Source of the DNA: Myxacorys chilensis ATA2-1-KO14
Lineage (GTDB): Bacteria; Cyanobacteriota; Cyanobacteriia; Leptolyngbyales; Leptolyngbyaceae
Length of the DNA stretch: 48,000 nt
Direction of reading: 5' to 3'
Assembly (NCBI GenBank): GCA_019359275.1
Contig: JAHHHP010000034.1
Location: 1-48,000, forward strand
In this document: piece after piece, positions 26,105 to 38,100 of the stretch
Numbering within the stretch: position 1 is the stretch's first letter
How the letters are laid out: each line of letters opens with the position of its first letter
Position numbers and translations under genes: made by a program
Notes under the pieces: generated by a model
What the model was told of the DNA's origin: nothing
Databases searched by the model: none
The model's input: the letters and a program-made list of their open reading frames with translations, nothing else

Positions 26105-29100
26105 TCGCCACCCGTTTCAGCAATGGCTGCTGCCAAATCAGACAACGAAATATCGGGCATATCGTCGTAAACCATCTGCGTCTCGGCTCCAGGTAGAATT
26201 TCTGCAATAGCATTCAGAGCCTTCATCATCCAGTCGCCAAGACGTTTGATTGTTGAGCGGTGGTGTACGGTATCAGAAAACTCTAGTCGCAGGTGCAGCT
26301 GCCCATCTTCGAGATAACCATCAATCTGTAGAAGATTCGGACGGACGTTTTCGGCACCGCTGAGTGGTCCAAGGTCGCAGGGTCGGAGGTTAAATAACCG
26401 ATCCCGCTCGACTGATCGTTCGATGTCCCCAAAGAAATTATAGGCTACGGCCGTAGTGCCGATCTTTCTAAGGCGTGCGCGAATTTCGGGATCAGGATGA
26501 TGCTCTGTCAGTAGCCCAAAAGTAATTCCAGCAGGCCCAGTGCGTGCTTGCTGTGTCACTACCATTACATCGGCAACTGGGTCCGGCATTTGTGATAGTA
26601 CGAAAGCGGCAGGCCAAGCTGCTGCGAACCAGCCAACCGAGCGCGATAGGTTGGCGCCCTTGCCATCAATGCCGTCACGACCAGAATCTTCAAGTGTTAG
26701 CGTATGCGCTGTTTGGCCAGTCCAATTCACGAGGGCGCGAAGCAAGGCAGCAAGAACGATTTGATCGAGTCCGGCCTTAAGACCGCGGCTAACTGGTCCG
26801 CGTAGGTGCTGAGTGGTCTTGGCGTTGAGCGTAAGCGGCAAGATAGCCGAGGATGCGCTCAGCCCATTGGTTACTCCAGGCAGGTCACGTGGCAGTTCCA
26901 CGACCGCCGGGTAGCCGAGCCAAGCATCTACCTGAGCTAACACACTCAGCTCAGCGGCCTTAGCCGCTAAGTCCTGGGCTGCACGAGTGAAGGGCATAAC
27001 TGGTAGCAGTCTTGGAGTTATCCCAGACTCAAGCGCTCGATAAGTGGTTTCGATATCCTGAACGATAATTTCCCAGGATACCTGATCCACCGCTAAATGA
27101 TGAGCAATCAGCGCAAGCGCTGGAGGTCTCCCGCTACTCCAATCAATGAGAGCTGCCCGCCACAGCTGCCCAGTGCTAATGTCCAAGGCTGCCTGCAGGG
27201 GTGCCAAACAGCTAGCAAGGCAGGCAGCTGTATGCGTGATCCGGTCAAGTGGGAGCATCGCAATGTTAGTTGACCGAGCCCTGCTACCATCAGGCGTGAA
27301 CATTAACCTGAGACCTTCGTGGCGGGCATGCACCAGTTCTAAGGACTGCTCTAACACCTCGGGGTTCAAAACTCGGTTTGTTTCCAACAGCAAAGCTTGG
27401 TTGAAATGATTCAGCATTGCCCCACCAGAGCGCAGTAGGTTTGCCTGTGCTGGCGTAGTCGGGGCATCGCCACAGCTTTTGATATCTAAATCAGAGGCTA
27501 CTGCGTCAGCACAAGCTTTTGCCAGCTCCGCAATAGTGCGACGCCGGAAAGCGTCCCCGGGCTTTAAAGTCAGACCTTCTGCTCGGGCACGTGCCACAAA
27601 CTGAATGACGATGATGGAGTCACCTCCAAGTTCGAAAAAATCATCATGCCGTCCGATCTTATCGATATGTAGCAGCTCTGACCAGAGTCTCGATATGGTG
27701 GTCTCAATCGTCCCTATAGGAGGCTCGAACGACTTCACGAGGTTGGGTCGCAGGTTACTAGGGTGAGGGAGAGCACGACGATCCAGCTTGCCGTGATGTG
27801 TATAGGGGATGGCCTTCATTCGCGTGAAACTGGTAGGGATCATGGCCTCGGGCAAGACACGTGATAGGTATTGCCGCAGATCCTGTTCCACGCTGCGGCT
27901 AAGTGCTGCGGCAAGAGGTGCATTGGTTAGTGGACTGTTTTGATTCGCTGGTGATGCTGGCACTTGATCCGCTGATGACACCGAGGACCGATTCGCTAGA
28001 GGCGCCGCCAGGGGATAAAGCTGTAGATCGAAGCGATCCGGACCACGATTACTCCAGTTCAATTCACACGCAAGGCCAAGGCTCTCCGCCCAGGAATGGA
28101 GAGCAGCTGGATCGTACCCTCCGGGATCGGTAGCAATTTGCAGATCCTGAAGAGTCTGGTTGGCGTCCGCAGCTTCCAGCCTAGCGACTGCAGCAACATC
28201 CCGGGCAACGCGACTATTAAGCAGACCGACTACACGAACCGGTGCATGAGCGGCGGCGGCGGCCAAGTCGGTGGAGGTGGGGTTTGAACCAATGTCGAGC
28301 TCAGCAACTGCTGTCGCTGTCGCTGTATCGAATGCAAGGACCACATCGTAGCGAAAACGTGTAAGCTCGTTGGCGTCCTGCGTCTTCTTGAGCTGCATTT
28401 CGACCCGACATAGCCGCGGCCAACGACTGCGTAACGACTCAAAGAATGCAGGGGCAATGAGCAACTCGCTTTCATAGTCACAGGCTATATCAAGCCGGGC
28501 TCGGAGATCTGTAGCTAGTGTGTTACCGCGGCTGACCTTCTCTAGGACTGATAAATGGAAACTACGCAGCAGCGACAGATTGCGGACATCCCCGAGAAAT
28601 ATTCGTCCACCTGTCTTCAGGACGGCGACTGCTTGATCAAGTACGGTGAGCAGATAATCGGCACTGGGAAAATATTGAACGGTCGAATTGAGTACGACTA
28701 AGTCGAACTGTCTCTCTGCAAGTCCCATGAAATCATGGGCTGGTTGACGTCGCAATTCAATCCTTGTACTACTGCCCATGGATGCAATCACCCTTCGGGA
28801 CAATTCTAAAGCGCGAGTCGAGACGTCGGTCGCTATGTAATTGAAAGTTTCTGGATCTCGAGCCAGTCCACCCAAAATCATTCCGGATCCGACGCCGATC
28901 TCGAGTACGTCCGCATGGGGCAAAGCGATCAGTCGTTTTAGCGTCGCATCCAACCAAGCTTGCATTTCCACTCGGGGTATGGGCTGACCATCATAGCTGT
29001 TGATCCAGGTAGCTATTTGAAGTCCGAACAGATCATGGTCGGTGAACGCTGGTACCGCCTCGTTATAGACATCCTGCCAATTGGCCAATCGGAGCGAGGA

Positions 29101-32100
29101 TTCCGCTTCAACACGCGCTTCTTGGGCAACCGCCTTATCGTCAATTACAAAGTAAGCTGCCAGTTTTCTGTTGCCAATTTCTTCACTAATGCTTACCGTG
29201 GCGTCTTTGACCAGGGGATGACGCTTGATAACAACCGCAACCTCCTCTAACTCGATGCGATGGCCGCGCAGCTTCACTTGGTTATCGATGCGCCCCAGAA
29301 ATTCCAGGGTGCCGCTAGGCGTAAGTCTCACTCGGTCGCCGGTTCGGTAGAGTCGTGCAGCGAGGTTTGCCGGATCTGGAATGAATGCTGCGGTGGTGCG
29401 CTCGGGGTCATTAATATAGCCTAAACCAACGCAATCGCCACTGATTAGTAGTTCACCTACTGCTCCCACGGGCGCCACTGTCCCATCGACTGTCCAGATA
29501 TGTAAGCGCGTGTTGGCGATAGGAGAGCCGATGGGTATGCGTGCCTGCTCCTCACCAGGCGGTGCGTTGATGACATAGTGCGCAACGTCATCGGAGCACT
29601 CCACCGGACCATACGCGTTGATCATTGGTATGTCCGGATATCGCGCAAGCCAACGACGGCATAGGTCGGGCTCTAACGCCTCGCCAGTGACTATCAGCCA
29701 GCGTAGCCTGGGTAGCGGAATCTCTGCTGAGGCTAAGTCTAACAGCGATCGCAAGAATGAAGGCACGACCTCCCAAACAGTCACGCCTGCAGCTGAGATC
29801 TGACGAATCAGTTCAGACGGGTTGCGTATTAGTTCGTCATCATAAATCTTGACCACTGCCCCTGCAACTAGGGGGGCGAGCACTTGCCACACGTAAATGT
29901 CGAAGGTTTCAGGGGACGTCTGGGCGACTACATCGACAGCTGTCAGTTTGAGAAGATCAATCTTCGCGGTCAAATGGTTGCGCATACCCCGATGACTAAC
30001 CATTGCGCCTTTGGGTGTTCCGGTGCTGCCTGAGGTGAAGCAAATATAGGCAGGTTCCGACACGGGAACCCCATTGAGTGGCCGTAATACAGGTTCGGCA
30101 AGCAGATGCTCGACAATCAGTACTGTGCCACAAGCTTCTGCAGAGATCGCTGCGGCAATCATGGCGCGAACAGAGTCGGCAAGGATGAAATCGCATTGCG
30201 CCTTAGTTACCATGGCAGCTGAACGAGCTACAGGAGCCGTGCCACCTAGCAGGATAAAAGTCGCGCCAGTGCGTAGGATAGCCAGTAGAGACAGTGGCAC
30301 AGCATAGGTTCGGTCCGCAAGTACCGCTACTGTCCGTCCGGGACCGACGCCCTGCTGTGTCAGGGATGCGGCAAGGTGGTCAATATCGAAGGCTAGATCC
30401 CTGTAGGTGCGTGTCGAACCTTCGCCGCTTATCGCAACAGCGTAAGGCGACTGTGCGACCTGCCCTTGAATTTGATCAATGATCGACCCTTGGTCTATCT
30501 TGCGGTCAGTCCCGATCAATGCCGGACTCCCGTCGCGAGAGCCTAGTTCCGACAACCGGGCCTGAGGCCTTGCTGAGACTTCATCCAGAAGCGCAACGAA
30601 TCTATCGCAGACGCCTGCAATGGTAGCAGGCTCAAACAGATCGGACCGGAACAGGGCTATACCCTCGATGGTACCTTGGCAACGTTGTAGATTAATTTCT
30701 AAATCGAGTCTAGCGATGCCATAATCAAGCGAGCACTGGGTCAGGCTAACCTCGTCTATCGTTCGTCGAAGCGGTTCACCCTCCTGTAAGGTAAGGGCTA
30801 TTTGAAATAGTGGGTGCAGTCCATATGGCCGACTGGGCTGCAGGAGTTTTGCCAGATAGTTCAGGGGCATTTCCTGATGATCGTAGGCGTCCGGAAGGTT
30901 ACGGCGGGCCTGCATTAGCAGATCGGCGAAGGATGGGTTCCCCGATAGGTCAAAACGCAGAGGAATTCGGTTTGCCGCAGACGCCACCAAGCGCCGGAAT
31001 GCTAAAGGTCGCGCTGCTGCGTCGCTCCCAAAAATCACGTCCTCGGCTCCGGTGTACATCCTTAATAGGACAGCAAAGGCGGTGGATAAAACCATGAATT
31101 CTGTGACCTTGGCAGCCTTTGAAAGGGTAACCAGGCGACTCGTTAATGTCGAGGATATGATGAAGCGATGAACTGCGCCATCACTTGTGCCAGCGGTCAA
31201 GCGAGAGTGGTCCGTTGTCAACGTGAACTCGAGGTTCGCGTCCTTCAGGGCTTTGGACCAAAAAAGTTCCATTTGGCTAAGTTTAGCAGTGGAAAGACGT
31301 TCAGCTTGATCCTGGATAAAGCTTCTGAGTGACGGCGCTGGCTCAAGGGTGGGCAATCGTCCGACCGCAAAAGCCTGGTAGGCAAGGATGAATTCCTCAA
31401 CCAGTATGGCCATCCCCCAGCCGTCACAAGCTACATGGTGTATGACCACCAGCAGTTGAAAGCGATCTGGTGCGCATGTGGCGAGAGTGAATCGTGCCGA
31501 TGGGGGGCAGGTCAAATCGAAAGGCTCGCGAGCGCGGGCCTTAAAAACCTCGAGCAATCTCTCGTTAGAGAACTCAGATGCATCTAAGTGATTGAGCACC
31601 ACATCCAAGGTGGACGCGATCCTTTGCCTAATTTCGCCATCCTTAGCAATGAAGCTGCAGCGCAAGGACTCGTGGCGGTTCACGATATAAGAGAGAGCTG
31701 AGGCAAGGGCAGCCGTGTTAAGCTGTCCGTTGAGTAACAACAACGCTGCATCGTTGAAGGTTGGGCTATTTGGAGAGATAGCGTGGCTAAGCCAAACCTG
31801 TTCTTGGGTTGGTGCCAGAGGCAATAGGGATTCGTTGTCCAAATTGTCCAACCTGCTGACTCTACTGTTCTGGGTCCTCTGATTCTCGCCCAGCCGAGCC
31901 AGCAAACTGGCAGGCGTAGGATTCTCAAACAAAGAACGCAGGGGCAAAGTCTCGTTGAACGCCTCCCCAACCCGAGCAATTAGTGTCACTGCGGAGATCG
32001 ATGTCCCACCTAGGGTGAAGAAGTCGTCATCTGGTTGAACCTCATTTAACTTCAGACACTCCCGCCACAGAGCCAGCATCTGATTGCATCTATTCGTAGA

Positions 32101-35100
32101 TAGTGCTGGCTTGAACTTCCCGGCAACCGACATTGCTGCTGTGTTCGTAATAGTGATCTGTGAGGGAATCAGACTAAAGGGGAGATGGCTAGCGAGGTGG
32201 GCGGCCACGTCCGTCGACGTGAGTTCGAAACCCGGAGTTGCCGTCACAATCAACGTCAGTTCCTCATTGTCGAACGCAGCCACAGCCCCCGCTACACCTG
32301 GCACGGATAGGGCGAGCGATTCGATCTCGCCCAGTTCTAGCCGACGTCCGGCAACCTTTACCTGTCGGTCAATACGTCCCAACCATTCCAGTTCCCCACT
32401 CGGTAGGCGCCGAACGCGGTCCCCCGTACGGTAGAGCCGTGACTCGCCAGCTCGGCTCACAAACCGCTCTGCCGTGCGCACTAGATCACCGACATAGCCG
32501 AGCGCTAGGCCCTTGCCAGCGAGACATAGTTCACCTATGTCTGCCAGTGATCCAGTGTTGTCCAGGATATGTACCCTCGTGTTACACAATGCCTGTCCGA
32601 GAGTCACACGCTCATCGCCTCGGCTTTGGTCAAATCCCGTAAAATCGGACGCCATGGACCAGATAGTCGCCTCGGTAGGACCGTACATGTTAAGAAGGCG
32701 TGCATCCGTCACGCCACTAAGGGCAGTCGCGAGGCTAGCCGATAGAGCCTCACCACCGACCATAATTGTGTCCAGCCTCGTAAGGGCAGCCTTCGTTGCA
32801 GAATCGCGTAGCAACATGGCTGCTATTGTTGGTGTGCATTGTAGGTGGCTGACACCGAAAGTCGCAATGTTCTCGGCAATCGAGAGGGCGATTCGCCTTG
32901 GTGCGATTTCTACTGGTGATGCAGCGGCACAGGCAGCGCGTACCCAGTCGAGGCGTTGGATACTTGTGATTACTCGGTCGAGATCAGTGTCAAAATCAAC
33001 AAGGCAAGCGATCTCGCCAACCCCAGCGTTCCAAAATGACCGAGCTCGGTCAATGCACACCGCTGCCTCTCCTACTAGTCCGCACGCACCGGAGAACCGC
33101 TGAAGTGAACGTTCGATTAACAGTTCGCGCCGATCTGTGATTTTGGGATTCAAGTCAGGCAAGTCATTTTCCGCCTCAGCGGTTGACAGGTCGAGATAGC
33201 GGCGAAGGGCAAGGCGAACTGCTGTTGCCTCGTCTTCACCTTCAGTCACGGCAGCGTGCAGCATCAGCACTACCCTGTCTGTGCGTCCACCATAAGCCCG
33301 GTAGCGAGCGATATGTTCACCCAAACTTTCTGGGGTCTGGGCAAGGAGGTGGGTTAGAACTCCAAGGTCCTCCCGTGCAGCTCTGTCCCAACGCGCAGCA
33401 TCACTGGCTATTGCCACCCACGTCTTGAGTTCGGGTGAAATCGGGCGGGGACGCAAGCTGAGATGTTCACCACTGCAACCAACCACCGTTCCGCCCCGCC
33501 AGAGGCGCCTGACTGTTTCAATGTCATCGAAGAACGCCTTCACGCGAGTATTAGGTTCACCATGTCCGAGAATCATAGCCCGAGCATCCCACCCTCGTGC
33601 GAAGGCTATTCCAGCCCGGCCATGGGACAGAACATCAATCTGAGCCCAGTCCTCCGCCACCCGAACCGGGTGATGAAGAGGCAGCGTAAGGCTGCCTGCG
33701 CGGATCTCGAGCCGAGTTGTGGATACTGCTAGAGCCGCGGCAGTCACGGATGGGTTGGGAAAGTCACCGCCGATTGCGCTGAAATGGCGTTCGGGAACCC
33801 AGACCGCCTTGAAGCCCAGATCATCAACAAGCTTTGCCAGATGAACCACCTGCTCCACACCGCCAGCTCCCGTTGGCGGAAAGCAGAACAGACTAAAGTC
33901 CGGCCCTTTGCCTCGCAGCGTTGCAGGTGTGCACGACGGCATCCACGTTTCCGGACCCTCCTGAAGCACGACGGTGCCACCATGCGTAAGTGGCCATAAA
34001 AGTTCCAGTAGTGAAATGTCAAAGCTGAGGCTAGAGAGGGCAAGGTAAATCGCTGGCTTATCAGGGGGACAAAGGACGTCGATTGCTGCCAGTAGGCTGG
34101 CCAAGTTGGACTGGCTAACCAGCACACCCTTAGGAGTGCCTGTACTTCCTGACGTGAACATTAAATAGGCAGGAGATTCCGGTTCTATAACCACAGGCGG
34201 AGACGGTTGAGCTGGATATGCCTGTGAAGCGAGCCTCACAGGGATGTCGGTTGATGGCAGCACTGGACCGTCAGTCTCAGTTAGAATCAGACCCGGTGCG
34301 GACTCGCGTAAAATTACAGCTAATCGGTCCCTCGGTGTAATCGGATCGACCGGAACAAAACAGTACCCTCGTCCTAGACAAGCCAGCACTGCCGCTACCA
34401 TTACTGGCTTGCGTGGCAGGGCTAAAACGACTCGGTCCCCTAGCTGTAGTCCAGCATCGTCCATTAAGCGGGATAAACCTTCAACCTCTTGCGCCAGGGT
34501 ATTATAAGTTGTTCGAGTGTCACGCCAACCTAGTGCTAGTGCTTGAGGATAAGACTCTGCTGCTGCAGCAAATCGTACGGCGACTAATGACGAGCGTACA
34601 GATGGGGAACCGCTATTTAGAGCCGGACCGTCAAACACCTCATTTGGAGTCTCAGATAACGACCTCAATGCCTGCTGATAGATCTGAGCGAGTTGAGCAG
34701 CGCCGGGGATCGTCTCAGACACCCGAAGGTTGAGTACTACCTGTTCGCTGAACGGGTCGATGGCGAAGTTTGCCGCAATCGGGAAACTCGAGACCTCATG
34801 GGTTCGAATCAACTCCAAGCGTATTTTAGCCTTATGCAAGAGACCTCGGACATTATGATAGTCAGTGAAATAAAAGAGAGCTTCGGGTCTTGATCCGCCT
34901 GCCTCAAGCATGGCAGCGAACGGAAAGCGGCGGTGGGGATAGTCAGCCAATTCTTCGGACATCAGAGCTTCAGCTAGCACTGCCCAGCTTACTCCAGCAG
35001 CAGCCTGCTGCATCGGCACAGTGTTAATGAAGAGACCTAGCATACGATGAGCGTTGGGTAGTTCAGGACGAACTCCGGTCACCACTGCTGTCACCGGCTC

Positions 35101-38100
35101 AGTTTCGCCAGTAACCTGTGCCAGCACTTTCATATGTGCTGCTAGTAGTAGGGTTTTGACAGGCAGCCGCCACGTTTTGGCTAAGTTGACGAGCGCACGT
35201 GACACATTAGCTGGAATCTCTACGGGTATGGTGAGCGTTGCGCTTCGCGCTGATGCGACAGGCCTTTGCTTACGATTGGCGAGCTTGCCAAGCCAGTAGT
35301 TGCAGCTCGACTTAGAAGCAAGGGCCAATTGTTCCATTTGGACAAATAGGGCCCCTCCGCGTAACAACGGTGTACATTCAGGTAACTTCTCATCGCGAAC
35401 CAGTGCGCAGTAATCCTCGAGCAATTCGCGCAGCATAGTAACATCGCTCCAGCCATCAATGACAGCATGATGGAACGACACGCCCAATAAGAAGCTATGC
35501 TCCCCTGTGATAATGACGTGGAGACGAACAAGGGGTGGGACAGTTAAGTTGAAGCCACGGTGGCGTTCGGCGGCAACCCAGGCATCCATTGCCGCTTCCT
35601 GCACTGCGGGTTCAGCAGCGCTAAGGTCGGACAGCGTCAATAGCGGTACTGGTTTCGCCCAAACTACTGCTAGAGGTGGATTCGCCCCCAAATCAAAGCA
35701 AGTGCGCAAAGCTGGATGCCGTATTGCCAAATGTTCTGCTGCTGCTGCTAGATTTTTGGCATTCGCAGGTGCCACGATGCGGTAGACGAACACGTCATGA
35801 TAGATGCCGATGTCCTTCGCCATTGCGTGCTCAAATATCATACCGATTTGCATGCTGGAGGCAGGAAAGGCATCTTCTGCCTCAGGAGCCACACGTCCTC
35901 GTTCTATTGAAGGAACTAGCGCGAAGGGTAGTGGCACCTGCAAAGGTTCGGTATTCATAGACCGTAACCTAGCCGCGTTCGCGATCCTTCTAATAGTGCG
36001 ATAGGCGAACAGATCGCGGACATCGAGGTTAAAGCCCATGTCCATGGCTCGAACAACAGTTTGAAGCGCTCGCATAGAATTGCCGCCGATTTCAATGAAA
36101 TCGTCGTCAATACCGACGCACTCTAGCTCCACCACTTCGGCTAACAATCTGCAGAGTGCTGCCTCGACAGCAGTACGCGGTAGAATAGAATCTTTCCGAG
36201 CATCGGGAAGATCGACCAGATCTCTAAGCGCATCGCGATCGATCTTTCCGGACATAGTTGTCGGTAGCTTAGCGAGAACAGAGAGGAATCCAGGCCTCAT
36301 CGGTATAGGTAGACGCTCGGATAATCTTTGACGCAGCACTTCAGTATCGAGTATTGCGCCGAGTATGGGCTCGACGAAGGCCACTAGCACGTTTCGGTGT
36401 GAAAGTATTATGGCAGCGTCGGCGACCCCAGCAATTTCGCGCAGCACACACTCAACCTCAGCAGGCTCAATGCGGCGACCATGTAGCTTGATCTGTCGAT
36501 CTACACGGCCCTCGAGAACTAGCACACCATCTGGTCGCAGTCTGGCAAGGTCACCGGATCGATAGAGCCGATGGGGCATGTGACCCTGCTGAAGATTCTC
36601 GATAAACCGTTCAGCGGTTATCTCAAGTGCATTCTGATAGTTCGCTACACCAGGTCCACCGATTAAGATCTCACCTCTCATGCCGATGGGGACAAAGCGT
36701 CTGCACTCGTCGACAAGGTGTAGGCTAGCACCAGCGCAGGGACGTCCGATGGGAATTACTGTTTCGTCACCTGTAGCGGCGAAGACGGTGCAACCTACTG
36801 TTGTCTCTGTAGGGCCGTATTCGTTCCATATTAGTGTTTTAGGAGCATGCTTTCGCCACGGCAAAATTAGGTCACCGCCCAAAACCTCCCCTCCCAGTAC
36901 AATAGTTCTTACTGCACCCGCAGGAGGAGTACCGTGCAGGCGGGCGTTAATGAGAGCAAACTGGCTTGGCGTTAGTTTCACCAGGCTTAGATCAGTGCGT
37001 TCTGTGAGTCGAGCAGCCAAATCCGCCAGTGGATCATCGAGGGCTGCCATAATCACACGTTGACCGACAACAAGCGGTGCGAGCAGAGTAGTGAGCGTCA
37101 GATCTACGGTAAGGCTCGACGATACAACGGCACCGTTGCCGCGCGCAATATGGTAGAAGTGCGCAGCCCAGACGCAGTAGTTCGCCAGCGCTGATTCCGG
37201 AACGATTACACCCTTCGGCCTTCCGGTCGTGCCGGAGGTGTAAAGAACATAAGCTGTATTCGCGGGAACCGAAGGCGACAGAGCCAATACTGGGGCAAAG
37301 CTGAGGGGCAGTCCCGTCTCCTGGTCCAGCAGAAGGCACGGCCTTCCCGCTAGATAGTCGGGAACAGCTAGTCCCCGATCTATGGCAATGACGAGCCCAG
37401 CTCTGACGTCGTCTAGCTGCCAAGCGATGCGGGCAGGTGGATCTTCTTCAGAAAGTGGTAGGAAGGCTGCGCCGGCCTTCAAGATACCTAGAATAGCAAT
37501 CAGAGCACAGACACTACGACCCATATACAAGGCGACAACTACACCCGGTCCGCCTCCCATCATTTTCAAGTTTGCGGCAATTGCAGTGGCTCTGGCGTCA
37601 AGCTGAGCGTAAGTAAGTTTGTATTGGGAATCCTCCACCGCAGATCGGTTGGGGTATTGTATGGCGGTCGTGGCGATGATTTGATGCAGAGGTTCAACTG
37701 AAGCAGCTATCACAGACTCCTGATTGAGCCGGTCTTGGTCCGCCTTCGCATGTTCAGGATTCCAGAAGGTGATGTTGAACAAGGGAGCGCCCGGGCTCGA
37801 CTTCATAGCGATGGCAAGGGTCTCGAGTTCCAGCACGAGCCTCTTGGCCATGGTGTGACTTATGCGTGTGCTATCGAATAAGATTCGAGCTTCGCATCGA
37901 TTCATATTCGGCGTAAGGCAGAGCTGGAGGAACCAGCGCTCGCTGCAATCCCACAAGGCGATCCGCTCCGCCTCACCGCCTGCTAGAGGCTGCAGTCCGG
38001 CAGGCGAGTGGCGCCGCAATCCGTAAGCAAGACCGTTGGTGCCGGCAGGCGGGGCTGCCAGACGTGGGAGAGCCCTATATGCCTCCGAGCAGGCAGCAAT

